A stretch of DNA of 63,551 nucleotides, filler included, from Octopus bimaculoides (taxonomy: Eukaryota): assembly GCF_001194135.2 (NCBI RefSeq). It is 5 parts of 5 records of this genome, joined end to end, with 100 filler letters (N's around TTAATTAATTAA, not from the genome) between each part and the next. Parts side by side here need not be neighbours in the genome. Positions count along the whole stretch, not along the records: positions 1 to 5,004 come from NC_068986.1; positions 5,105 to 26,627 come from NC_068987.1; 3 more parts are not named here. One strand, 5' to 3'. Position 1 is the stretch's first letter. Every line of letters starts with the position of its first letter. Below, piece after piece: positions 1 through 11,617 of the stretch. The translations under genes and the position numbers were made by a program. A model generated the notes under the pieces. It searched no databases, was not told where the DNA came from, and saw nothing but the letters and a program-made list of their open reading frames with translations.

Positions 1-371
1 TATATATATATATATATATTTTGTTGCTACAGTGTTAAACTGTCGTATGTCCAAGTTTAGCCAAATGCGTTTTTTTTTATTACAATATTTAAAATTGCTT
101 GAAATATTTGAAAATTGCCAAAGTTTACTACATCAGTTAAGTATTTTTCAAAAGCATAGTAAGTCCCACATACGGCAGTTCAGCAAAAATATTTCTTACT
201 GAAAATATCATACATACATGGAGTCATGATGTTATGCGCCCAACAAATTATTATTGCTAAGATTAAACTGTTGCTGAAGTAAAAAGAAATGGAAGGGTGA
301 AACTATTTCTTCGTTTTCTGAAAAAGTAATGTTTTGGACTTGCGACACATATATATATACATACATACATT

Positions 372-465
372 GCGACACTTCCGTTTATCAAATCCACTCA
401 AGGCTTTGGTCGGCCAGAAGCTGTACTACACGACACTTGCTTTTGACTAAACCCAGAACCATGTG
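372..465 (-). mobile_element. SINE family C, decayed 5' part
   Basis: Reverse complement resembles the family C head (ccgaccaaagccttgagtggatttg...aaacggaa) and abuts an (AT)n tract. Confidence 0.55.
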
Positions 466-1165
466 GCAGTCACGAATGCGTCTACAAGCAATATATCTTA
501 TATATTTACTATCCCTGATTTTTCCTTCCATTTTTTTGTATGAAGTAATTAAATTCTTTCATATTTTTGTGTTGCAGAAACAGCTTCCCGCCACAGTAAT
601 TCATAATCCTGACCTTGTTTTCGTGAATCAATACAACTTTCAAAGAATTGATGATCATTAGAATTGCAAATTTGTGAAAGAATAAACATTTTCTGAAAAT
701 AACCACCATTGTTTTGTCTTTTTATTAGGTTATTGATTTATTTATTTATTAATGGAGTGAGCAGAATATATAGAAATTCAAATATATAAACATTTTACTG
801 TATATTCTGTCTGCAGAAGATCAATCTCAGTTATTACAACAGAACCAAGCGCTGATGGTGATCTTCAACTTTTTAGCTGTGCTCTTCATTGAGACCGTAA
901 TTCTATAAAATTCTGCTTCGTCATAACTGCTGTCTCATGGCACTTGTTGCACCCGACCAATACATGTTTGAAGGATGAGCGATTGAAACTGGCTCTACAC
1001 AAAAAATGCCCATGATAATAAAAAAAACTCTAACAGTCTTGGCATGTTGGTGTAGTTTATTGGGAATTTAATAAATCCTGATAGAGTTAGCTCTACGAAT
1101 AGTCCATAGAGAAGAACCTTAAGAATTTTAGTCGAAGTCTATATTTTGAAGTCTGGGACTTAATC

Positions 1166-1250
1166 TACCGATATCTTTGTCTGAACCGCTATGTTACGGG
1201 GACATAAACACGCCGGCACCGGTTGTTAGGTGGTGTTGGGGGACAAACAG

Positions 1251-1313
<63 letters not shown>

Positions 1314-1468
1314 CCACGAGCACCTTTCAGTTTCCTCTACCAAATCCAATCACGAGGTTTTGATCGACCCGAGGCTATATTAAAAGACACTTACCAAAAA
1401 TGTCACAAAGTGGGACTGAACCCGGAAACACATGGTTAGGAAGCAGACTTCTTACCAAACAGACACGT
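1166..1468 (-). mobile_element. SINE family C (tRNA head, CORE-like box, internal microsatellite)
   Basis: Colinear on the minus strand with the copies at 1793 and 11618; internal (CA)n at 1253-1306. Confidence 0.8.
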
Positions 1469-1792
1469 AACTTATAAAAAGTTTTAACTACAATATGATT
1501 ACAAGTACGCGGTTGTTTTAATATTTAAACGAATAAAACGAATTTCGTGCGTCTAATACGGAGACAGACTGAATGCGATAGACTAGGTATTCGGATGAGC
1601 AAAGTCTACGAGGTAAAATAATTCTTAATAACAATAGAATATTGGAAACAGGCCGAAATATCACAATCTTTTAATACGAATCTATGCAAATTTGCTTACG
1701 ATAAGTCGGCTAGCAGTTATGGGAGGAAGTCAAATAATTTCATTATATTCCCTTATATATGTATAAAACTTAGCTTGGAAATTGATGCCACG

Positions 1793-1949
1793 CAGAAGTG
1801 GGTGTGTGGTGAGTAGCTTGCTTACTAACCACATGGTTCCAGGTTCAGTCCCACTGGATGGCACTTTGGGCAAGTGACTTCTACTATAGCCTCGGGCTGA
1901 CCAAATCTTTGTGAGTGGATATGGTAGACGGAAACTGAAAGAATCCCGT

Positions 1950-2016
<67 letters not shown>

Positions 2017-2024
2017 ATAGGACG
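1793..2024 (+). mobile_element. SINE family C, 5' half
   Basis: Box A-like gtgtgtggtgag, box B-like ggttcagtccc, CORE-like gcactttgggcaagtg, then (AT)n(GT)n and a gap. Confidence 0.85.
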
Positions 2025-2371
2025 NNNNNNNNNNNNNNNNNNNNNNNNNNNNNNNNNNNNNNNNNNNNNNNNNNNNNNNNNNNNNNNNNNNNNNNNNNNN
2101 NNNNNNNNNNNNNNNNNNNNNNNNNNNNNNNNNNNNNNNNNNNNNNNNNNNNNNNNNNNNNNNNNNNNNNNNNNNNNNNNNNNNNNNNNNNNNNNNNNNN
2201 NNNNNNNNNNNNNNNNNNNNNNNNNNNNNNNNNNNNNNNNNNNNNNNNNNNNNNNNNNNNNNNNNNNNNNNNNNNNNNNNNNNNNNNNNNNNNNNNNNNN
2301 NNNNNNNNNNNNNNNNNNNNNNNNNNNNNNNNNNNNNNNNNNATGGTAGACGGAAACTGAAAGAATCCCGT

Positions 2372-2438
<67 letters not shown>

Positions 2439-2447
2439 ATAGGACGT

Positions 2448-2900
2448 CACCAAAGTTGGATATATAACAAGATATACATAAACAAATGAGGGAAAAGCAT
2501 GTAAAATACGTAAACAACTAGAAAAAAGGGAAAACAGGACACGTCAACACAGAAAGGACCCTTCATCAGTTGTCGGAAGTCTATCTACTGTCATTTCAAG
2601 TATTCAACAACAATATGAGTCTTCAAAGACAGTTGCTCCCATAAACTCTAAAATGAAATTTAAGATTTATGGAGGGTCAAATTTGGGGACAAAAACAGGA
2701 CATACAAAGAAACCGAAAGAAAATAAATATGGAAGGTCGTTAGATCCAGAACGAGAGGAAAATAGTGAACGCTGAGAGAAACATTTTAGTGAAAAGAGAA
2801 AACATAGAAGTGAGAGAAAATCACGCCCGCTTGTTTAAGCATCCGTGCAGGGAAATGAAAGATGGTCACGTGAGGAAAAGATGGACTATGGTCACGCGTG
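2448..2900 (-). mobile_element. Penelope-like pLTR-type repeat (decayed)
   Basis: Homologous to 4110-4320 (shared caatatgagtcttcaaagacag). Minus strand carries CTGATGAAGGG...acgtgtc, a decayed hammerhead-like motif. PLE assignment is inference. Confidence 0.45.
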
Positions 2901-2906
2901 AGCAAC

Positions 2907-2962
<56 letters not shown>

Positions 2963-3911
2963 NNNNNNNNNNNNNNNNNNNNNNNNNNNNNNNNNNNNNN
3001 NNNNNNNNNNNNNNNNNNNNNNNNNNNNNNNNNNNNNNNNNNNNNNNNNNNNNNNNNNNNNNNNNNNNNNNNNNNNNNNNNNNNNNNNNNNNNNNNNNNN
3101 NNNNNNNNNNNNNNNNNNNNNNNNNNNNNNNNNNNNNNNNNNNNNNNNNNNNNNNNNNNNNNNNNNNNNNNNNNNNNNNNNNNNNNNNNNNNNNNNNNNN
3201 NNNNNNNNNNNNNNNNNNNNNNNNNNNNNNNNNNNNNNNNNNNNNNNNNNNNNNNNNNNNNNNNNNNNNNNNNNNNNNNNNNNNNNNNNNNNNNNNNNNN
3301 NNNNNNNNNNNNNNNNNNNNNNNNNNNNNNNNNNNNNNNNNNNNNNNNNNNNNNNNNNNNNNNNNNNNNNNNNNNNNNNNNNNNNNNNNNNNNNNNNNNN
3401 NNNNNNNNNNNNNNNNNNNNNNNNNNNNNNNNNNNNNNNNNNNNNNNNNNNNNNNNNNNNNNNNNNNNNNNNNNNNNNNNNNNNNNNNNNNNNNNNNNNN
3501 NNNNNNNNNNNNNNNNNNNNNNNNNNNNNNNNNNNNNNNNNNNNNNNNNNNNNNNNNNNNNNNNNNNNNNNNNNNNNNNNNNNNNNNNNNNNNNNNNNNN
3601 NNNNNNNNNNNNNNNNNNNNNNNNNNNNNNNNNNNNNNNNNNNNNNNNNNNNNNNNNNNNNNNNNNNNNNNNNNNNNNNNNNNNNNNNNNNNNNNNNNNN
3701 NNNNNNNNNNNNNNNNNNNNNNNNNNNNNNNNNNNNNNNNNNNNNNNNNNNNNNNNNNNNNNNNNNNNNNNNNNNNNNNNNNNNNNNNNNNNNNNNNNNN
3801 NNNNNNNNNNNNNNNNNNNNNNNNNNNNNNNNNNNNNNNNNNNNNNNNNNNNNNNNNNNNNNNNNNNNNNNNNNNNNNNNNNNNNNNNNNNNNNNNNNNN
3901 NNNNNNNNNNN

Positions 3912-4095
3912 TATATATATATATATATATGCATAGGGGGAATTCACAAAAAACAACAGACGAAGACAGGTGGTGTAGAAAACTAACAGATGTATTAGTA
4001 TAACGCTCAGGAATTGAAAAAGTCTTTAACGTTTCGAGCCTACGCTCTTCCACAGAAAGGAACGCAGAAAGAAACAAGGAGATGCACACATGCAA
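3912..4095 (-). mobile_element. Repeat family D (PLE-like, ends in (AT)n)
   Basis: Reverse complement closely matches 4840-5004 and matches 59705-59870; contains gaagagcgtaggctcgaaacgttaaagac. Confidence 0.75.
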
Positions 4096-4109
4096 TCATA
4101 TATGGGTAC

Positions 4110-4320
4110 AGGACCACAGGTACAAATGACATTAAATACATAAACGAGGGGAAAACGCGGGAAATATGAAAACAACGAGAAAAAATGGAAAACAGGACAA
4201 TTTAACAAAGAGAAAGGTCTCTTCGTCAGTTGCTGGATGTCTATCTACTTCTCCCTTTGCACACTCAATGACAATATGAGTCTTCAAAGACAGCTGATCC
4301 TATAAATTCTAAAATACTAT
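4110..4320 (-). mobile_element. Penelope-like pLTR-type repeat (decayed)
   Basis: Homologous to 2500-2660; minus strand CTGACGA-AGAG...CTCT motif. Confidence 0.45.
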
Positions 4321-4739
4321 AAAAGAATATACAAAATATTATTATTATATTATTATATCTATCCTAAATTTATCCTACGATTATATTATCGAATTTATCT
4401 TGCATTATATCGGTGTATCTTGATGCAAATCACAAAACGTTGACTCACTAGTCTGCATCATTCGACTGTGGCTGGCAGAATTGAAAAGGAGATTTATTTG
4501 CATATTCAATACATTACGATAAACAAATTTAAATGGTGCATATATATATATATATATNNNNNNNNNNTCCCCACTCTCGCCTCCCCCACCTCCCAACACC
4601 CTCACATCACACCACGCACACACCAGCACTGACCGATTCCCATCCCCACATTTTCACACCTTCAGACCTACATACACACATGCATACGTTAACATCACCA
4701 GCATTCTCTCACACGCACGTAGCTTCGATTTGGGATCAC

Positions 4740-5004
4740 TACTTCTTTGTTATCTCCCCTTCTTAATTCTCCTGTGTGATCCTTCTGTCTGGCATTCGCC
4801 ATGATATATCGCTGACCACTACACTTAGATATTCTTTCTCTCCTTGTTTCTCTCCTTCTTTATTTCTGTGTTCCTTTCTGTGGAAGAGCGTAGGCCCGAA
4901 ACGTTAAAGACTTTCTCCATTCTCGAGCGTTATACTAATACATCCATTTGTTGTTTACACCACCTGTCTTCGTCTGTTGTGTTTTCGTGAATTCTCCCAT
5001 ATAT
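4740..5004 (+). mobile_element. Repeat family D (PLE-like)
   Basis: Inverted partner of 3912-4095; gaagagcgtaggcccgaaacgttaaagac; ends in atat at a gap. Confidence 0.75.
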
Positions 5005-5048
5005 NNNNNNNNNNNNNNNNNNNNNNNNNNNNNNNNNNNNNNNNNNNN

Positions 5049-5060
5049 TTAATTAATTAA
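5049..5060. other. Assembly spacer TTAATTAATTAA inside a 44N+12+44N gap (also 26672-26683, 31798-31809, 59404-59415)
   Basis: Same palindromic 12-mer with stops in all six frames, in the same 100-bp N layout four times; not biological. Confidence 0.95.
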
Positions 5061-5104
5061 NNNNNNNNNNNNNNNNNNNNNNNNNNNNNNNNNNNNNNNN
5101 NNNN

Positions 5105-5468
5105 CTTACGACGTCGAGGGTTCCAGTTGATCTGATCAACGGAACAGCCTGCTCGTGAAATTAACGTGCAAGTGGCTGAGCACTCCACAGACACGTGTAC
5201 CCTTAACGTAGTTCTCGGGGATATTCAGCGTGACAGTGTGACAAGGCTGACCCTTTGAATTACAGGCACAACAGAAACAGGAAGAAAGAGTGAGAGAAAG
5301 TTGTGGCGGAAGAGTACAGCAGGGTTCGCCACCATCCCCTGCCGGAGCCTCGTGGAGCCTTAGGTGTTTTCGCTCAATAGACACTCACAACGCCCAGTCT
5401 GGGAATTGAAACCACGATTCAATGACCGCGAGTCCGCTGCCCTAACCACTAGGCCATTGCGCCTCCAC
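5105..5468 (-). mobile_element. SINE family B (tRNA-derived), near full length
   Basis: Reverse complement is colinear with 13807-14392 and 57293-57677; head ggaggcgcaatggcctagtggttagggcagcggac. Confidence 0.92.
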
Positions 5469-5471
5469 ATC

Positions 5472-5671
5472 CAAAACAATAACAACATGTAACGAAGACA
5501 TCTTTAAATGATTATTCCGGAGCATATTCACCATCTACTTCAATTACTGCTTCCCATTTGTTTGGCAGACGGTCAGACCGCCATTTAAAGATGTTTTAAT
5601 TAGATATTGTTATTGTTTTTGTTGAATAAAACTTGTTGAGAAAATACCGCAATAATTATGCACCAACCCAA
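5472..5671. mobile_element. Mariner-type MITE, left arm truncated by SINE B
   Basis: Right TIR gcaataattatgcaccaacccaa+TA matches 53137-53334; internal inverted arms at about 5472-5513 and 5581-5630. Confidence 0.7.
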
Positions 5672-5724
5672 TAGTAATAATATTGATTTCAAGTTTTGAT
5701 ACAAAGCCTGAAATTTCTGGGAAG

Positions 5725-5885
5725 TAACACACAGAAGCATTTGTTATGACTGCACTTCTTTCAAATTTTAGATCTTGTGCTTGAAAAATTTCGGCTCACC
5801 ATACCAAAGTGAGCGGAAAAATATATAACCTGAGGTTCCGTAAAGCAAGTCCTCGTAAAGTGAAGTATTACCGTACATGTATTCA
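5725..5885 (+). repeat. Unclassified dispersed repeat (second copy 17970-18110)
   Basis: Shared cagaagca..ttgtta...cttctttcaaa...gatcttgtgcttgaaa...cctcgtaaagtga.gtat. Confidence 0.65.
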
Positions 5886-5975
5886 TACTTTTTCGATAAA
5901 TATATTGTTATAATTTCCTTTCAAGAAAGAATCATGTCGGTGTTGTTGCTTCCTTGGTGTAATTGTTGTTGTGGA

Positions 5976-6175
5976 AGGTGGCGCGCTGGCAGAAACGTTA
6001 GCACGCCAGGCGAAATGCTTAGCGGTATTTCGTCTGTCTTTACGTTCGGAGTTCAAATCCCGCCGAGGTCGACTTTGCCTTTCATCCCTTCGGGGTCGAT
6101 TAATCAAGTACCAGTTGCATACTGGGGTCGATCAAGGCCCCACAAATTTCGGGCCTTGTGCCTAGAGTAGAAAAA
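5976..6175 (+). mobile_element. SINE family A (tRNA-derived)
   Basis: Box A gctggcagaaacgttagc, box B gagttcaaatcc, conserved body ggtcgactttgcctttcatcc...gggccttgtgcctagag. Confidence 0.92.
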
Positions 6176-6398
6176 ACCCCCAGTTCTTATGACATTGTTG
6201 TTGCTGTTTTATTGTGTTGTCGTTGTTGTCATAGTGTAATAGCCGTTGTTATAGCGCTATCGTTGTTGTCATGGTGTTATGGTGGTGGTATTGTCGTTGT
6301 TGCTCTGTAGTTACTGTTTTTATTATGGCATCGTTGTTGCCATGGTGTCGGTGTCATGACTTCGTTGTCAATGTCATTATGATATTGCTGTTGTCATA

Positions 6399-6615
6399 GG
6401 GCGGTGAGCTGGCAGAAACGTTAGCACGCCGAGCGAAATGCTTAGCGGTATTTCGTCCGTCTTTACGTTCTGAGTTCAAATTCCGCCGAGGTCGACCTTG
6501 CCTTTCATCCTTTCGGGGTCGATTACATAAGTACCAGTTACGCACTGGGGTCGATCTAATCGACTGGCCTCCCCCTCCCCAAAAATTGCAGGCCTTGTAC
6601 CTAGAGCAGAAAAGG
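6399..6615 (+). mobile_element. SINE family A
   Basis: Colinear with the 5976 copy; both sit in a cryptic (TGT/GTC) low-complexity tract. Confidence 0.92.
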
Positions 6616-7196
6616 ATATTACTGTTGTCATATCATTGTCATGACGTTATGGTCGTTGTTGACACGATGTTGTCTTTGTTACTTTACTGTTGTTGTCATT
6701 GAGATTGTTGTTATGATGTTGTTGCTATGCCAATAAGTGTTTTATTTTTCGCTTCTTGCTGGGGTTCTTTTTTAATTATATTTTTACCTTTTTGTTTGCA
6801 ATTTCTCTTTTATATACATTTGTTTATATTTAACATCTTTCTTTTTTTGTGTCTCTCTTAACATTTTATCATTTTGTTATACTTCTTCTTGCTTGATTTT
6901 TCTTTCTTATCTTTCTTTTCATTTCTTTTTACATATGTTTCATTCTTTTTGATTTTCATTCTTCATCTTTTCCACTTTGCTCTTCGGGTTGTTGTTTTTT
7001 TTTGTATTTTTTTTTTTGTATTTTCTTTTTCTATAATTTCCTGCCAGTCTCGAAATCTGAAACCATATCTATTACCCGGTTGCTATTTTCCCTTTTGTTA
7101 GCGCCTCTCAAGGGGAAAAATACCGCAAATATTGTTGTGGAATTTTCAAAGATTATTCACAGAAACAGAAAAATACAGAATAGGAGAGAAAGAGAG

Positions 7197-7227
<31 letters not shown>

Positions 7228-7346
7228 NNNNNNNNNNNNNNNNNNNNNNNNNNNNNNNNNNNNNNNNNNNNNNNNNNNNNNNNNNNNNNNNNNNNNNNNN
7301 NNNNNNNNNNNNNNNNNNNNNNNNNNNNNNNNNNNNNNNNNNNNNN

Positions 7347-7561
7347 GACGATAATGATGATGATGATGATGACGATGATGATGATAAAAGTGGTGGTGGT
7401 GGTGGTGGTGGTGGTGATAATGTTGCTGGTAACGGTCATGACGACGACGACGATGATGAGGATGATGATAAAGACAGCGATGACAACGAAGACGATAATG
7501 ATGATGATGATGATGACGATGATGATGATAAAAGTGGTGGTGGTGGTGGTGGTGGTGGTGA
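7347..7561. repeat. Compound (GAT)n/(GGT)n microsatellite with a 71-bp block repeated (7347-7417, 7491-7561)
   Basis: Direct reading of the sequence. Confidence 0.9.
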
Positions 7562-8024
7562 CATTTGTGTTAATGGTGATGTACACTTTCATATTGATGC
7601 TTTTGTGTTTGTCATTGTTTACTTTGCTTTTGCAACCATTGCCGCTTCTGCTGGAATTTTATTATTATTATTATTCTTTTCTTTTTTTCTTTTTAATCTT
7701 TGAAGACAATCAAATTCCTCGAAGGTATATTTTGTCCGTCCGACATAAACTGATATTAGAAAAAAGAAAACGTTGTTCTTCAGTGCTTTGTTGTCAATTT
7801 TGCCAAGATTTGAACAGCAGCAAAAAGCACTTTATACGAAGAATAAGGCATTTTGAAACCAGGAGTAGCGATTATTGATACTCCAAGATAAATACTCTAA
7901 GTCGAAAATGAGCATCATTTGCATGAATTTAACCAATCTTGGAGGTCCTACAAAAAACTTGGATGTCACCCTTATTGCTACGATTGAATACTAAAAGACA
8001 GAAAGGTGTCAGAATGGATTAGAT

Positions 8025-8165
8025 CAGTGCTCCGCAACTGGTATGCCGCGGCACGCTGGTGTGCCGTGAGTCGATGCTAAGTGTGCCGCAGTGTAACCTA
8101 AATATTATTTTTTTCTCTCTACTTTTAGTTATATTTTGAGTTCAGGTGTGCCGCCAAATTTTGAA
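8025..8165 (+). mobile_element. hAT (Charlie-like) terminal relic
   Basis: cagtgctccgcaactggtatgccgcggcacgctggtgtgccgtgag resembles hAT TIR plus subterminal GTGCCG repeats; partner end not found. Confidence 0.45.
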
Positions 8166-8182
8166 AAGAATATTCCCCACCC

Positions 8183-8403
8183 CCACTACTCCTGCTCGTG
8201 ATCAGAGATGCACTTATCGTCAGCCAACAAGGGACATGCTCAACTGGTTAAGGTCAAACAACTGACAAGCAAATCTGTGGTATTCAGCAGAATATTTGCT
8301 GTTGCCCATCTTTTATACCAAGACAAAACAACGTACATGATAACACTTCCAATCAGTTAAGATCAGAAGCCATACAAGCCACTGCCTGGTACTGCCTCAG
8401 GGC

Positions 8404-8446
<43 letters not shown>
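8183..8446. repeat. Unclassified interspersed repeat bounded by (TTA)n
   Basis: Complex segment ending directly in (TTA)n at 8406-8446, as expected for a retroelement end; single copy here. Confidence 0.4.
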
Positions 8447-9180
8447 TGTTCTTTCATCCGACTGAAATCGATAAAAGTAAAGTACCAGTCATATGGTACT
8501 GGTTCAATTTTACCGACTCCGCCCACTCCCTCCCACCACCATCACCACAAACTGCTAGCCATGTTCACATGTTAGAAAGCATTGTATTTATGATTTCATT
8601 CTCATAACCAAAACATGGAGATCTTTCTCCTTTATATATCATTCGTCCTTCCAATATTAAACGTAACCCCCACACCTCTTATCATTATCTTTCATATTGT
8701 ATATATATCATTGCTTCTCTTAATACAGTTTATTTAAACTTTCTAATCAACACATTCCTGTTGTAACGGATGACAAAATTAACAACCTTAAAGTAATCAC
8801 ACAGAACAATTGACGCCATTTCGTTAATTTACGAGATGGCTGGGTTATCATCACTTATTGGGTTAGGGTTATTCATGTGTTGAAGTGGAGATGTGAAGGA
8901 AAAACAACTTTTGCTTGGATAAAATCAACGTTATATGTTATTATTAATAAGTTACAACTTGAGGTGTTGCACTCGCATGCACATAGGCATATATGCATGC
9001 GTGTATGTATGTGTGGGCATGCGTATGCATCTATGTGTACATACATACTATGCATAGGCGTGTGTGTGTGTTGCATTGTATTATGTATTTAGTATATACA
9101 TACACAATACACTGCATGCTAACATGCATAGACACATACAAGCGTGTGTATACATCCGTATACACACATACACACATATA

Positions 9181-9257
<77 letters not shown>

Positions 9258-9854
9258 ATGTATATATAGCATTAGATATATATATTACATTGCATGTATA
9301 TATATATTATACATACATATATACATACACACACATATATGTCGATGCATGTATGTAGGTGAGTATGTATGTCAGCAGTATGTGTGTGTATGTTTGTATG
9401 CATTCTTGTATGTATGTATATATGCATGTATGTGTTTATTTATAAAACTTCGAAACACGTAGATGCGTCAACAAAACGGGTATAGTTTATCTTAATTAAT
9501 CATCATTGGTTGTACTGACTTTACTCATAAACGGATGATGCTGTCCAGTCTCGAACCGCTGGTCATCCATGATAAACTCCATAGAGCTGGATACCATGGG
9601 ACGGCTGAAATTGCTAAATCTCTCCTGTCTTCTGTCAAAACTGATAAACGTGATAAGCGATAAAAAAAAATGGCGTCTAAACTATCGGAAGTGATCAATG
9701 GCTCAATGGAATAATTTAGTCTTCTCTGATGAATCATCATTCGTACTATTCCCCATTTCAAGACGAATTTTCAGGCGACAACCCAAACAAGCTCCCTTGG
9801 ACTCTAACTGTTTAACCCCGTGGTTTTCAACCAGGGTCCATATAACTCCTGAGT

Positions 9855-9948
9855 GTCCAACTGGTACTTAATTTATCGACCCCGAAAGGAGGAAAGGCAA
9901 AGTCGGCCTCGGCGGAATTTGAACTCAGAACGTAAAGACAGGCGGAAA
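9855..9948 (-). mobile_element. SINE family A fragment
   Basis: aactggtacttaatttatcgaccccgaaagg...aactcagaacgtaaagacag is the reverse complement of the family A body. Confidence 0.85.
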
Positions 9949-10010
9949 AAATCAAGTAAAATATTAAAAGAATATTAAAAGAATATTAAAAGAATATTAA
10001 AAGAATATAT

Positions 10011-10600
10011 ACCGGCAGCGATCATCGTCTGGTGAGGGCGAGGGTCGTCATCGATGGGACGAGGGAGAAGAAGCCGCTGCATTTGGCGCCGAAGGGAAAT
10101 CGCGTTCGAGTTTTCAACGAGGCGAAGCTGCAGGAAGCCATCATGCAGGAAGCCATCATGCAGGAAGCCATCATGCAGGAAACCTGGTGCAAAGGAGACG
10201 GCAGTGACGATGACTACAACTAATTGATAGGGAAACTGAAGGAGTGTTTAAGAAAAGCTAAGGGAGTGTGTCCGAGAGAGAAGAAGGGAAGAGTCTCGGA
10301 GGAAACTACGAAGTTACTCGAGAAGAGAAAAAATATGAAGAGGACTATTGAAGATCACCTTCAATATTCCCTTCTCGGCAGAGTGATTCGTCAGCAACTG
10401 AAGAGAGACTTTGAGGCATACCGGAGGGAGAAGTTCCTGAAAGCCGCAGAGCAAAAGAAGAGCCTCGAGAAATGCAAGCGGGACATGGCACTATATAGAT
10501 CGGAGGTGACGGCCCTGAAGAATACAGATGGAGTACACGATAAGAGCGAGATGGAAAAAGTTTGCGAAGACTTCTACACCAAGCTCTTCAAGTCTACCAG
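10011..10600 (+). mobile_element. RTE-clade LINE fragment (end of APE endonuclease plus linker)
   Basis: TGSDHRLVRARV is the APE terminal SDH motif; ORF 10224 (RVSEETTKLLEKRK...KAAEQKKSL...CEDFYTKLF) has the pattern of an RTE EN-RT linker. GC-rich relative to flanks; in-frame 15-bp repeat (QEAIM). Confidence 0.75.
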
Positions 10601-11228
10601 AAATGTCCTCATATTCCTAGCGTTATATGAGGAAGATTTGACTGTTATTTCTAGCAATCCTAGCGATTACATAGAAACATCCTCGACTAGCATCTACAAT
10701 TAAAGACTATTTTGTTTAAGTGACGTTTCTGTTTTTTTTTTACAATAACGATCTTAATTTCCTCCCTTCCCGTGATAGAAGCTTATACATCATCACACCA
10801 CAGCTTCGACGGTCTTTAACGTTCACTCACGCATTTTGAGTCCATTCATTGCAAACATTTGGTTATGTCTGACGTAGTGGATTCAATCTAATTCGTTCAA
10901 CTTCTTTCAACTTACTTGTCATTATTCAGCCGCCTGACACTGGCCAGGTACGTTTNNNNNNNNNNNNNNNNNNNNNNNNNNNNNNNNNNNNNNNNNNNNN
11001 NNNNNNNNNNNNNNNNNNNNNNNNNNNNNNNNNNNNNNNNNNNNNNNNNNNNNNNNNNNNNNNNNNNNNNNNNNNNNNNNNNNNNNNNNNNNNNNNNNNN
11101 NNNNNNNNNNNNNNNNNNNNNNNNNNNNNNNNNNNNNNNNNNNNNNNNNNNNNNNNNNNNNNNNNNNNNNNNNNNNNNNNNNNNNNNNNNNNNNNNNNNN
11201 NNNCCGTTGTATTCGTTATGGCCGCTGT

Positions 11229-11355
11229 AGTTGCTGCTGTTTTTGTTTTTGTTGTTGCTGCTGTTTTTGTTTTTGTTGTTGCTGCTGTTTTTGTTTTTGT
11301 TGTTGCTGCTGTTTTTGTTTTTGTTGTTGCTGCTGTTTTTGTTTTTGTTGTTGCT
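11229..11355. repeat. 24-bp minisatellite (gttgctgctgtttttgtttttgtt) about 5 copies
   Basis: Direct reading; produces the LLFLFLLL repeat in the ORF track. Confidence 0.9.
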
Positions 11356-11617
11356 GCTACTGCTGCTGATGATTGATGATTTTGGTGATAATAATGATGA
11401 CGACGACGACGATGATGATGATGATGATGATGATGATGAGTGTGGAGGTGGTCATCGTTGTTGTCGCCGTCGTCGCCGTCATATCGTCGTCACGTGGTCG
11501 TCTCATCGTCGTCATCGATGTGATCGTTGTCGACATCGTCGTTGTCAAGATTTTGTTGGTGGTCGGTAATAGTAGTATGATAAAGCTTGATGATAGTAAA
11601 CGAAGATACCAAGAAGA

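Noticed and set aside
1921-2447. Duplication of 1921-2024 at 2344-2447
   Set aside because: Flanks a gap and differs only in microsatellite length: contig overlap or allelic artefact.
2765-4095. Long ORFs of 200-414 aa here and at 15810, 30060, 34008, 36481 and 55326
   Set aside because: Open only because they run through N gaps.
5049-5060. Recurrent TTAATTAATTAA palindrome (4 sites)
   Set aside because: Always centred in a 44N+12+44N 100-bp block, with stops in all six frames: an assembly spacer.
7002-7878. Poly-D/poly-G and similar low-complexity ORFs (also 16698-17179, 22719-23076, 23477-24271)
   Set aside because: Stop-free frames of microsatellites; no domain or splice support.
9816-9856. 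hAT-like end gtggttttcaaccagggtcc
   Set aside because: Too short and no partner end was found.
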